Below, piece by piece: positions 10,323 to 21,246 of a stretch of DNA of 36,870 nucleotides; the first letter of the stretch is position 1; each line of letters starts with the position of its first letter. The stretch is from Catajapyx aquilonaris (lineage: Eukaryota), in assembly GCA_000934665.2 (NCBI GenBank), contig KZ539516.1:1-36870 (forward strand), in the 5' to 3' direction. The translations under genes and the position numbers were made by a program. A model generated the notes under the pieces. It searched no databases. It was given only the letters and a program-made list of their open reading frames with translations, and was not told where the DNA came from.

Positions 10323-10984
10323 CAACTTATTTGTCTCCGAATTCAGTACACCCGAGGCAACTCCTGTTAGTTTCAGTCGTTTCAGTAGATGAAAATCGGT
10401 CGAACAAATCGAGCGGCCTTCTGCTGATAAAAAAATCCTGTAAAGTGTAAACAGAAGCAAGATTACCACCAGCAGGTTTCCCCAATAGTCGCCAGAGGCC
10501 AATACCCTGCAAGACTGTCCCGTCCTCTCTTGGCACTCAGGAGCACTAATCAAATCTTATCTCATTTTTCTGAAAAGTTGATTGCACTCCTCCTTTTATG
10601 TTTAATCTTAGGACCTCTAAGTTTACATTCTCAGCTGAGCACGAGCCCAAAAGAAACCAAATCAGTCGAGGAAAATTTCCTGGCCTGGTTGGGTTTCTTG
10701 GAATTACGCGCTGCTGTTGGCTAAAGGTACAAAATGGCGGACTGGAAATTTTCCTCCTGCCAAGGGGAGTGAAGACAACACTCCTCGGGTTCACTACCGT
10801 CGGCTGCTGCCCAGCTCAAAGTGGTGCTTATTATTGGGAGAGGAAACACTGGGCCTCTCTCAGATCGGGAGGAGTGGTGGGGACGAAGGAGGTGAGGGTG
10901 AATGCTTTTGTAACTTGGGTAGTGTTCACACTTATGATTCCAGTAAGTGCCAGGCAAAATTTTAATTGCGTTGGTTCATTGCAG
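10323..10984. promoter_or_regulatory. Putative bidirectional promoter and 5'UTR exons of IFT74 (-) and the LRP-like gene (+)
   Basis: CpG-richer segment between divergent start codons (10136 and 10997). Minus-strand donor G|GTATGT at 10322, plus-strand donor at 10892 and acceptor TTGCAG ending 10984. YY1/Pho-type CAAAATGGCGG at 10730-10740. Confidence 0.6.
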
Positions 10985-10996
10985 GGAGGCAGGAGG

Positions 10997-13900
10997 ATGG
11001 GCACCAAGGATGAGTTCCTCCTACTCTCATGTAAGTTACTGTGACAAGAGAAGGAATATTGTCTTGGGTGTAATTATGCAAAGAAGTGTTATATAACTAC
11101 ACAAAAATAACGTTGATGGAAGGTGGTTGCCAAGGTGGAGTACTGACTGTAACAAAGGTGGTAATTGCCTAGACAAGCCCTGCAATAATTGCTGAGAACC
11201 TGCATGTTTTAGTGTAAAGAGCCAAGGCAGCCCGAAAGTTTCACCAAGAACAATTTTGAGGTGATAGGTTACATACCTCAATTTCCTGCAACTTTTGCGC
11301 ATGTGAGAACAGGCCTAATGTGGTAAGAATAAGGGTGGAGTGACAGCATAAACCAAACCCAGGATGGCAGGTGATTTATCAGTGTCTAAAACCTATGTGT
11401 GCCATGGTTGTGGAGTGGTTAGTACTACAGCCTCCTGAGGTTCCACATGTGGTCCCCAGGTTGCACAGCTGCAGATTGTCTCACGTGGAAATAGTTTTGA
11501 TGGTTTCTTGCAATATTTGCATGTTTAAATGTAGGTTAATGATGTGACTTTACCACACATCATTGTCAGTAATGTTTCTATCTTAGGGAAATTACTTGAT
11601 CTAATTTGAGCTCAAATGAGATCAGATCATTCACAGAACAGGTTCCTCTTAAGAAAATCTGGCAATCACTCCAGGTCCAAGAGAGATGTTGCGTGGGCCA
11701 GTTCTGTTGCTGCATATGTAAAGATATCCTCCGTAGCTCATCCTATGGAGAATGTTGGCTTTAATGAATTATTTCGCATGATCTGAGAAAGAGAAAGAGC
11801 CTACAATAAGCTTAATCAAGACTCCCAGATTTTTAGCCATTGTAATAGGTCCATTGTGACCACCACAAAGGATCCTACCATATAAGATTAGGAATCTATA
11901 GAAGCTTATTTAGCTAGACATGCCAAGATTCGTGGTGTAAAATATGTGAGACAGTCAAATTTTGCACCGAGTCTGTTCCTAACAAAATGTGCATGATTAA
12001 GATTCCATATCTTGGCTGCAGGCTTTAAGGTCCGCTTTTGTATGGAAGTCTAATGATATCAAAGTGGGCACAGCATAACTTGTAACACACTTGTAACTGT
12101 GGACAATGTAATGAAAGTAATTATGGATTAAACCCAACCAGTTGCTACTACTAATGTAAGTGAATGAGGAGCTCACCTACTTGGATAGCAGTTATTGCTG
12201 TAGCTAAACCTACATGCACATGCAGCAGTTTGATACTATTTGAGTTGATTTCAAGTAACATAGTTGTGTTTCAAAGGATTAGTTGTAAATACGAGGGCCA
12301 TATTAAAATGATTTGTACTTTACTTTTTTGCCACAAATACAGTGCCCTTGCTGGTTGGCGGATAGGCACACATTATCAATAGAATCCTCCTGGAGCCGAA
12401 TGCATATGAGTCATGGGTGTGTCAACCTCTCCAGGCCCTCCTGCTACCACTTTTTGGTGGTGCAGCGCACCCACTCCTGGACAACTGCTTACAGTCAACA
12501 ATGTCCTCAAAATGGCACCAGAGAAGGGTTTTTTTCATGGATCTGAACAGGTGAAAGTCACCTGGGTCCATGCTGGGGGAGTACGGCTGGTGTGGAAGCA
12601 CCCAAAGTAAGATTAATGGAAAAATCCCTTCACCGATGCCATTTCAAGGACATGTGAACAGTTGTTGACTGTAAGCAGTTGTCCGGCAGTGGGTATGTCG
12701 CACCTCCAAAACATGGTTCCTGGAACGCCTAGAGAGGTTGACACACCCATGATGCCAGTGCATTCGGCTCCAGAAAGATTATGTTGATAATGTGTGCCTG
12801 TCTGCCAACCTGCAAGGGCCCGGTATTTGTGGCAAAAGAAAATAAGTGCAAATCATTTTAATACGGCCCTCGTATGTAGAAAAAGGTTCAGTGCAAATGA
12901 TGCACGTGTGTTGAACATTATCTAACAATATTTTAATTATGTTTTATTCTCTTATTGCAGTTGCCCTCTTCTTGGTGACACATGTGGTTAGTCAGGACCC
13001 ATCATGTGGGAAAGTGTACCCACAGGGCACAAGGGGGGTGATTGTCAGCCCTGGTTATCCCTTGGCATACCCAAACTACACCAACTGTGCCTGGTACATC
13101 AGGATTCCACCTGGGTTACAAGTCACTCTCACGTAAGAAGAACATTTAAACATGTTTTAATGGACAGTGGAAAATCATTTTACTTCTATAACTATATGTG
13201 ATGGTTGGCCTTGATCATGTATGTTGTGTGCATGCACAACAGTAGGAAATGAGCAGGTGCTGGAGCCCTACAAGTGCCTGTCTTTATTACTCCAGAAGAC
13301 ATTATAATGGCAAACAGGCATGTGATGTAGATGTGGATGAAGAATGAAGTGCAGGAAGTTGTAGACTACAAATGTACAGTATGTGGCATGTGTGGTACCA
13401 TAATCCAGAAGCTGCTGGTATCATTGCTGCACTAGCCTCTTACAGATTATGGTACCGCATGTGCCACATTTATAGCGTATAACTTCCTGCACTTCATACT
13501 TCATCCACATTTGCAACATGCATGTCTTTTGGAATAAATGGGGATAGCCACGCTGTACCCAGCACTCATTTGTAACATCCAACTACTGCTGCACTTGTGC
13601 AAAACATCCACAATCAGGGGACAACCCTTAGACATTTCGTAATAGAAGGATGCCTCTACCAGTAGATTATTCCCACCTCCTTCAAGATCTATTTGTTACA
13701 TAAAGGTTTCATTGTGCTTTGCATGGAATTGAGATTTTACATCTGCTTTGTGTTACCATTACAGCTTCTCAGACCTAGATATTGAGGAAGACTCAATCTG
13801 CTCTACCCCGCCCTGCTGTGAGAACAACTGGCTCTCCATTGGGGTTGGCGACACTGTGCATCTCTGTGGCCGAGACCGGCTGCCCCCTCCAATAACTTCC

Positions 13901-16900
13901 ACTCGGCATGAGGTTATTCTTAAGTTTCACACATCCAAAGTCTCAAAGGGTGGGCGAGGATTTCACCTCGCCTATCAACTTCGGCCCCGACGCCAAGGGT
14001 GCCAATCTGGGCAGTTCCGCTGCGCCAATGCCCGCTGTATCCTTGATTCATGGACATGTAATGAATGGGATGACTGTGGCGATGGAAGTGATGAGCAGGG
14101 ATGCCAACCTGGTTCCTGCCCTGGGATGCAATCCAAATGCAACTCTGGTGGTTGTTATGATGCAGACAAGCACTGTGATGGTCGATGGGATTGTGCTGAT
14201 GGTTCCGATGAAATGGGTTGTGGCGAGTGTGGAGAATTGCAGTTTCAGTGCACTGATGGACGTGGCTGTTATGGCGAAGGGCAGGCATGTGATGGAGTGG
14301 CTCATTGTATGGATTTCAGCGATGAGGTGAGGTGTGGACTATGTCGTGGTAACCAGACCAGATGTAGTATCGGATCAGGAGTTGGAGGAGGAGTAGCAGT
14401 GGGTGGAGGAGAAGAGTGCTTTGATCCATTGAGAAGGAGGTGTGATGGGAAGCTTGACTGCAGCAATGGGGCTGATGAGATCAATTGTTGTGAGTAGCAC
14501 TTAGAAAAGTATTGGGTATATTGGGATATTATAATATGGGCTGGAACATAAGACATGGGCATATTTTAAAATTCAAACACGTGACCATTTAAAGTGATTA
14601 TGAACCCCATGTCATTTGTGTAGTTTTTCTCAGGTTCTAGCTGGCACAATTAAAAGATGCTGCAAATCTCTTTCAGTGTGGGAAAGAGATTGAGCACATA
14701 TGGTGGGTGTTCATGGGCGTAGCCAGGATTTAGGTTGGGGGGGGGGGGGNNNNNNNNNNNNNNNNNNNNNNNNNNNNNNNNNNNNNNNNNNNNNNNNNNN
14801 NNNNNNNNNNNNNNNNNNNNNNNNNNNNNNNNNNNNNNNNNNNNNNNNNNNNNNNNNNNGTGTTCTGGGGGTGGGGGGGGGCGTTCAAATACCTCAAATC
14901 AGTGATTGAGAGCATTTTCGAATAGTTTTCTAAGATCCACATTGTTTAGGTTGATATCAGGCAGAGGTCCATGTTATTCCTTGTTTGTTTCTTTGTTTTA
15001 TTTTCAAAATTTGTGTTATTTCTTTATCACATCAAGTAGAATTCAGACAGAGCAACAAAATAGATACTCTTCATCTCCATAGGCTCAGTTGTTCAGAAAG
15101 ATAAAAGAAAAATCATGAAATGACTCCTGTTCCAACCATTGCTGTTTAGGCAAGGGCAATCCAGGGTGCAGAGGTGTTTTATTTCTGACATCCTTTACTA
15201 CATTTTTACCATCTTTTTATCATACCGAATGGAACTTGGTAAGAGCTACGAAATGAAGTGCAATTCATAACTGAAATAGTGACTGCCATACTCATGTTCT
15301 TTCAATCTTGGAAAAAAAATCCCTTTCCAACTGATCACATGTAAATTATCGTGACCAGGTTTGGCGAGCACCAGAACATCGGCGCCACTGTCAATTTTAT
15401 GTTCTGTATTTTCTGGCTGCTTTTCACTTGAATTGCTCAAAAGTGTACATTTGGATGCCCTGACTAATCCCAAGACCGGTTCTCGAGGGGTCACTCATCG
15501 ACCCCACCACTCTTTGCCCCCACACCTCGGATTAGCTGAATGAATCATCCCCCTTGACTGTACAAGTATGAAAAAAATCTAAAAATTATCCTAGTGAATT
15601 TTACGCTGGAGAATTATTTTGCAATTCCAGTAAATGCTAATCGAAAATCGGAATAATTTTCTCTCTTATTCAATACCAAAGTCGAATATTTCAAAGGTCC
15701 TATGGTTCATTTTCCGGTTTTTGTAATGCACCGATCTGGATATTGTAGGCCCAATAAGTGGCCTTCACCTTTATAACTTTTGGAATAACAAGAGGTGTCT
15801 GGCACATATGGTGGCCCAGAAGCTATGAAAGAATTTGGAAAGAGAGGAGTTGAGCAGATAACTCAGGGGCCCCACTGGTTAAGTGGTCAGGGGTGGTATA
15901 ATCCCTCATTTTGGCGAAGGAAAGAAAACGCTACTATTTAGGCTCCCCGGAACTAAAGTGGCACTATTTTCTTCCTTCTCCGATAAAAATTGGAACATTC
16001 AAGTTCGACAGTTGCTAATCTTACATGATGCCGCACATATTTAAATGAGCTTACCAATGACGCTTCACATTAATTGTTTGAACCATTCATTCATGAGACA
16101 CATGCTTCCAAACAGAAGCTCCTATGTTAAATAATGGGTAGCGTAACTGTCATAATTAATTTTGGACGCGAGAAAACCTTTTTTATTTATGGATGGATTT
16201 TTTTGTTTTGGGGTCCAGACATTCCCTACACAAGTACTTAGTTTTCATATTTCAATTACTTGATTATTCGAATTAGTTAAAAAGAGAGAGAACATTTTTA
16301 GTGCCTTCGTCAATGCTGCTTGTGGCTACCTGGGTGGGAAGGGTCGGGGGGCTTAATTACTGGGTACGATATGGTAGTTTCAAAATTTTGACATGGATGG
16401 TATTGTTCAAATTGTGCAATGTAGCCTTAGGGTTGTTTTTTAAAATTGCAGCCCAAGTTATTTTGTGTTATAATATTGAATAGTAGTGTTGAGAGTAATT
16501 GAATTGTTGGAGAATATGTGTGTGATACCTTCCAAGGGAGACCTTTAATTCACATTCTTCTCCCTTGTGCAGTGTACAGTTGCCCAGACAAAATATCGTG
16601 TGAGGACCACCAAGGATGCTATTCTCCCTCTGAACGCTGCTCTGGTGTCAAAGAGTGTGCAGATGGATCAGATGAGCAAGGATGCACTGCTTCCACATGC
16701 AATTCTGGACGACAAGCTTTTCTTTGTCCTGATCCAGATGGAGAATGCATCTCTTCTTCTCTGAGGTGTGACCGAGTTCAAGACTGTCCTTCAGGAGCTG
16801 ATGAAGAGGGCTGCCTCAAGAACTCGGTTGTCACAGCTGCTGTTATGGGGTCACTCATATGTGGGATTCTGCTGGTGTTGGCCGTAGGATGTAGTTGCAG

Positions 16901-18368
16901 ATTGTATGGTCTGAGGCCATGGGAAAGGCGCAGAAGAGGTGAAGGTGATGAAGGAATGGGATCAACTTCATCATCTTCATTTTTGGCTTCATCAGCACTG
17001 TGCGAGAGTGATGTAGCATCACTTCATGCAGGCGGAATGATGGACCATGACTTTGTGCAGAGGGAGCCGCCGCCACCATATTCTCTCACCGTTGATGATG
17101 CTACAGGTACGACATGAGTGTAGTTGCTCGAAAATTGCACTACGTAGGGTTAGTAGCCAAAGTGAAGCTAAGACCATTCCATATTGCTGGTGCAACCCTG
17201 ATGCAATGTTTTTAAGCAGGTAATGTCAGCAATAATGCAAAGGGCTATTGTTTACATGTGTTCAACAACTAGAGTGTAACATTCACTGGGAATCCAGTTG
17301 CAGTGTAGGTCAGGTTTTATTTTTAATTGTTTGAGAACATACACAGTAGATATTGCCTCCTTATCTAACAGCTGTTTAGCTTCACTGAGACTGCCCACTT
17401 GCATTGAGTTAGAATTTAGAGAGAACATGCCTGATATAGAGTTGTGCAAGTAGCTAGAAAACTTGTCTGTGAATAAATTCTGGTGGGCAAGTAAATTAGA
17501 TTGAACACAGGAATATTGTGAGGAGAGGTGTCATCTGGTCTGCACAACATTGTTACCAAGATAATTGGTTGCAAACACAAGGCATGAAATATCCTGACAA
17601 GTACTTGTCTCTCAACACAACGTTACCTTTTTCATTTAAATTTTAGGCATTACCATGCAATTTAAATTTAATTGCATTCACACTAGGTATAGCAGTCAGT
17701 GCTAGAGGTGATGGAAGACTTATGACTGCATGAAGTAGAAACAGATGCTATTTCATGCGTAGTTTTTTTTCCCCCTTGGAAACCAGGCAGCCTCACCCCT
17801 GTCTAAGTGAAAAAAGAAAGTATGCAGGTTACAAATACACATTGCCTTGAAAAAGTGGATGTAACTAGGAGTGGTGCCAAATCTGTGGATATTATGAAAT
17901 AACATTGCATAAGCTCTGGGAATGCTCACATGGTAATTTCTTCCTTCTCATGCAGGTCACTACTTCGAGCACTTGAGTAGCAACCCAGCGGCACCTCCAC
18001 CCTCCCTGGTCATATCTCATCCTCTACCTCCTCCACAACACATCCCTCCTCCTCCTCCCCCACCACCAACACAGACACACTCATCTTCTCGCCGCCCACG
18101 ACGCCACCATCGCCGACATCACCCTTCTACCCGTCATCCACCACCACCACCACCTGCCCAATTCCACCCGGGGACAAACCCAATCCACAATGAAGCCAAA
18201 CCAGAAGACGAATCTGGATCAACAGGAAGGAGGGAGGATTCCTCACCCAATTCTTCCCAATCCCACCCTCCTCACTCCCACTCCCCATGCCCTTCATCGT
18301 CGTCATCAGTCAGCCTCAGGTCCTTCCTCCTGAAGGATGATTCAGATGCTGAGCTTCTCACACCATGA
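10997..18368 (+). CDS. LRP3/LRP10/LRP12-family receptor (signal peptide, CUB, 6 LDLa repeats, TM, Pro/His-rich tail, C-terminal DXXLL); join(10997..11030,12961..13132,13765..14489,16573..17106,17956..18368), ~625 aa
   Basis: GT-AG introns, phases 1,2,1,1. Splicing gives the signal peptide MGTKDEFLLLSFALFLVTHVVS and a CUB domain (GVIVSPGYPLAYPNYTNCAWYI..FHLAY). Six LDLa repeats carry D-C-x-D/N/S-x-S/A-D-E. TM VVTAAVMGSLICGILLVLAVGCSCRLY resembles LRP12, followed by REPPPPYS and the ending DDSDAELLTP. Confidence 0.9.
11405..11525 (+). mobile_element. Third, decayed copy of the V-SINE-like element (LRP intron 1)
   Basis: AGTGGTTAGTACTACAGCCTCC and GTGGAAATAGTTTTGATGGTTTCT match AGTGGTTAGCGCCACAGCCTTCC and GTGGAAAGAGTTTCGATGGGTTCT of the 35341 copy. 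Confidence 0.55.
12292..12872. mobile_element. Palindromic mariner-derived MITE (TA TSD, ~245-bp inverted arms)
   Basis: TA|CGAGGGCCATATTAAAATGATTTG at 12290 and CAAATCATTTTAATACGGCCCTCG|TA ending 12874. The arms align over ~245 bp. The centre, read on the minus strand, translates to LPHQPYSPSMDPGDFHLFRSMKK (mariner YSPDLAPSDYHLF motif). Confidence 0.9.
13183..13649. mobile_element. Foldback / long inverted-repeat element in LRP intron 2
   Basis: ATGTGGATGAAGAATGAAGTGCAGGAAGTT (13331-13360) pairs with AACTTCCTGCACTTCATACTTCATCCACAT (13481-13510). Inner pair ATGTGGCATGTGTGGTACCATAATC / GATTATGGTACCGCATGTGCCACAT. Weaker pairing continues outward. Confidence 0.75.
14713..14880 (+). repeat. ATGGGCGTAGCCAGGATTT..poly-G repeat element spanning an assembly gap (N 14750-14859)
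   Basis: GGCGTAGCCAGGATTT followed by a G run is a common start of metazoan non-autonomous repeats. A 110-N gap interrupts it. Confidence 0.5.
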
Positions 18369-19666
18369 AAAATGGAGGCTGAATTGACACTGTGGCATGA
18401 GCTAGGTGCAAATCGAAATGTCAAAAATGAACAGAGGTTGCACGAAAGGAGCAACCGTTCAGTGCCTGTCAAAGCTATTATTTCTGAGATCAGTATTTTT
18501 AAATGTTACTAAGTAAGAGAAGTGGCACTGGTGCTGTGCTGACTGTGATTACGTTTACATGGGGTAGGCTTGAACTGGTAAAGCACTTGTATACATTCCG
18601 TATTTTGTGTGAGACGTCTGCTCCCCAAATTTGTTTTTGAGCGGGCAGGTCCCAATTTGAATGTCGTTATGTTTATTGTGGCATGGGTGAAAAGCTGCAT
18701 CAAGCACACAGACTGCTTTTTATTTAAAAATAGGAGCTACTTGACAATGAAGAGCTCCTATTTTTAACAGCAGTAGCAGTTACTGTTTTAAATAACTGCT
18801 GTGACAATGTTCCGAATTTTATAAATCGGTAACTGTCTTGAAGATGCTGGCTTGTCACACCCAAACACACAAATAAGTGATCTGAGTGCATGAGATGTAA
18901 GATATGTACAGTATGACTAAGCTGTTTGCCATTCGTTTTGTTTTGTTTTATTGGAAGATGAAAGGAAAGCCGCACAGCCTTAAACAAGGGAGCCAGCCTT
19001 AACTATTTACTTATTTCATGACTCCCTCTTCCGTTTACAAACTGCTGAACAAAAAAAAAAGAAAGTATCTTTAATATACCCACACTATGAGATATGGGAG
19101 TGAGGAAACGCAACACATTTCCTTGCCTCATCAATAACCGTAAAAAAAAAATGGACAAAAATGTTGCTGCTGTATTTTTCCTTGTATTTTTTTGTTGGAC
19201 TCTGTGAGTTAACACAGCTTCTGTAAAAGTGTGTAAAGAGCCAAGTTACAGAGTAAAACACATTGCTAGTCAAAACATACACTTGTCCTTTTTAATCATG
19301 CAGCACTCTGCTGCCACCAACTTGCTGGCACAAGACAGACCTTGTGTCACCTTGATATGATCAATCATTACATTTCAGTTGCTGGAAGTTCACAGTCAGT
19401 CTAATATCACACCAAAAATACCCTGGCATCACTTGAATGCCAGCTATGATTAATTGGTCTCCCATCACCTAACTAGAATTCAAGTAGAACCTCCTGACTG
19501 TCAGTGCAATTCACCTATTTGTTCACACATTACGAGGAGCATAAGGCACCATTTTTTTTCACGCATTTGGCATCATAGAGACCTGATTAGAGCTGATTGT
19601 ACTACATTAAAATTTTCAGAGGATCAGTAGTTATAGAGCACATTTATGTAGAAGTGTTGAAAACCA

Positions 19667-20464
19667 TCACAGCTTGGCCTGCTTTTCATACCTCAGATGG
19701 TTGTCTAGGTCGGCCAGTTGAGAGAGAAACCCGTCATTTGGGCGAATATCCCTCCTGAGGCGTACCGTGCGGAGGGCCTCTGCCGCAGTCATCCCTTCTC
19801 GGATCATCAAGAAGGCCAGGACACATGTACTTGAGCGGGACATCCCCATCAAGCAATTCACCAGCACTTTACCTGGAAATGAGAAGGACAATTTGAAAAT
19901 CTGAAGGGTAGAATGACAACCTAGGATCGCCTGTAATGGGAGTATCACTTCTTTAGCATTTATAGGATGTCATTCAGATTTTGACCCTTACAACTACATC
20001 GGATTCAAATCTAGCAATTACCCACCATGTATTCGCCCATCATGTATAAAGTCAGTAGCTCTTTGGAAGTGCTGAGCTATGTTGGTTGAGGGTAGGTCCA
20101 GCATGGGTAGTCCCAGGTATTTGATGCCCACTTCCCTGTAGAAGTCATCTGAGGTGTCCACCATCCCAAAGCCCCTGCCTTCTGCTGTATTGAGCACGTG
20201 AGTGACCCCCAGACGCTGCAGGTATGCTCTGTTCTTGGCTGATCCCATGTCCCCAACAAACACGTTGGGGTACACTTCATCCAGATCTACTCCCATCACC
20301 ACCCTGTCATGGGAGGTGGTGAAACGAGTTGAATCGGGGCATCCTGCAAGCGGGTAGACCCCAGGCTTTGTTGTGAACAGGACTGTCATCAGGCTGCGGA
20401 CACTCGTCTCACTCTCACCACTGTCTAGGGGGAGGCCATTGTTGCTGCGAGTCGGCCAAGACAT
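19667..20464 (-). CDS. Atypical dual-specificity protein phosphatase, DUSP3/VHR-like; complement(join(19667..19872,20026..20464)), ~214 aa
   Basis: DEVYPNVFVGD..AKNRAYLQRLGVTHVLNTAEG, general-acid loop MLDLPSTNI, active site VLVNCLMGMSRSSTCVLAFLM (CX5R), and RDIRPNDGFLSQL. No rhodanese domain. Acceptor at 20501-20502 precedes ATG 20464, and an upstream non-coding exon donor lies near 21104. Confidence 0.9.
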
Positions 20465-21232
20465 TGTCGTAGAATGAATCAGATGGTGCTGATGGCTACT
20501 CTGCATAAATGACAGTTGGCATAAAAATATTGGACATATTCTTCATTGTCTGTAAAAGGTTACTAATATTTGTGAAGCACCTGGTCTGTCATTTAGGCCC
20601 AGGTGAGCAATCGACAGTAGACCCAGAAGTTGTTGATTTTTGTTACGAATTGTTTAAATTATTGTTACCAACAATGAATGACAAGGTCCCACCACTTGTT
20701 TCGGATTTACTCTCAATCACCTTATTAATTGTTCACACACTGTCACTAACAATAATTAATAACAACTTGTTCCAGATTTAGTATTGATCATGTACGCAAG
20801 CCTTATCAAATGTTTAGAATGTTGACATCTTGCAAATTCTGAATCACTACCCATGCAGATATGTGATATTGCTAAAATACATACACCAGTCCACTTTTGA
20901 ATCCAGATAAGGGCAAGAGAGATGACAGTGTGACAAACCTTATTACACTTCAATGAGGTCCAGTATTGTGAAAGCGACAATGCCTCAGTTATGACATATC
21001 CACCCAACATAATTGCATAAGGAATTACATCACATCACTTTAAAACTGGCATATATTTATGACTCCCATCCAAAAATTTCAAATAAATTAAATTATCAGT
21101 ACCTTATTACTCCCTTACAATCACAATTATTTTAGCAATCAGAAGTCCTGCCACACACTCCAGAAGCAGGGGGAAGACTAGTCTTTGCCTCGTAATTCAC
21201 ATTACGTAATACATGTCATCCTGCGAGAGCGC

Positions 21233-21246
21233 GTTTCTATGGCAAC
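21233..21246. promoter_or_regulatory. RFX X-box GTTTCTATGGCAAC near the DUSP 5' end
   Basis: Matches the palindromic X-box pattern GTHNYY-AT-RRNAAC and lies in the CpG-containing 5' region of the DUSP gene. Confidence 0.55.

Noticed and set aside
10530..10724. ORF with signal-peptide-like LLLLCLIL as LRP first exon
   Set aside because: TTG start and no compatible donor. ATG 10997 spliced to 12961 yields a proper signal peptide.
15470..16360. Possible DNA transposon remnant in LRP intron 3
   Set aside because: It looks repeat-like, but I could not establish matching TIRs, a TSD or coding similarity.
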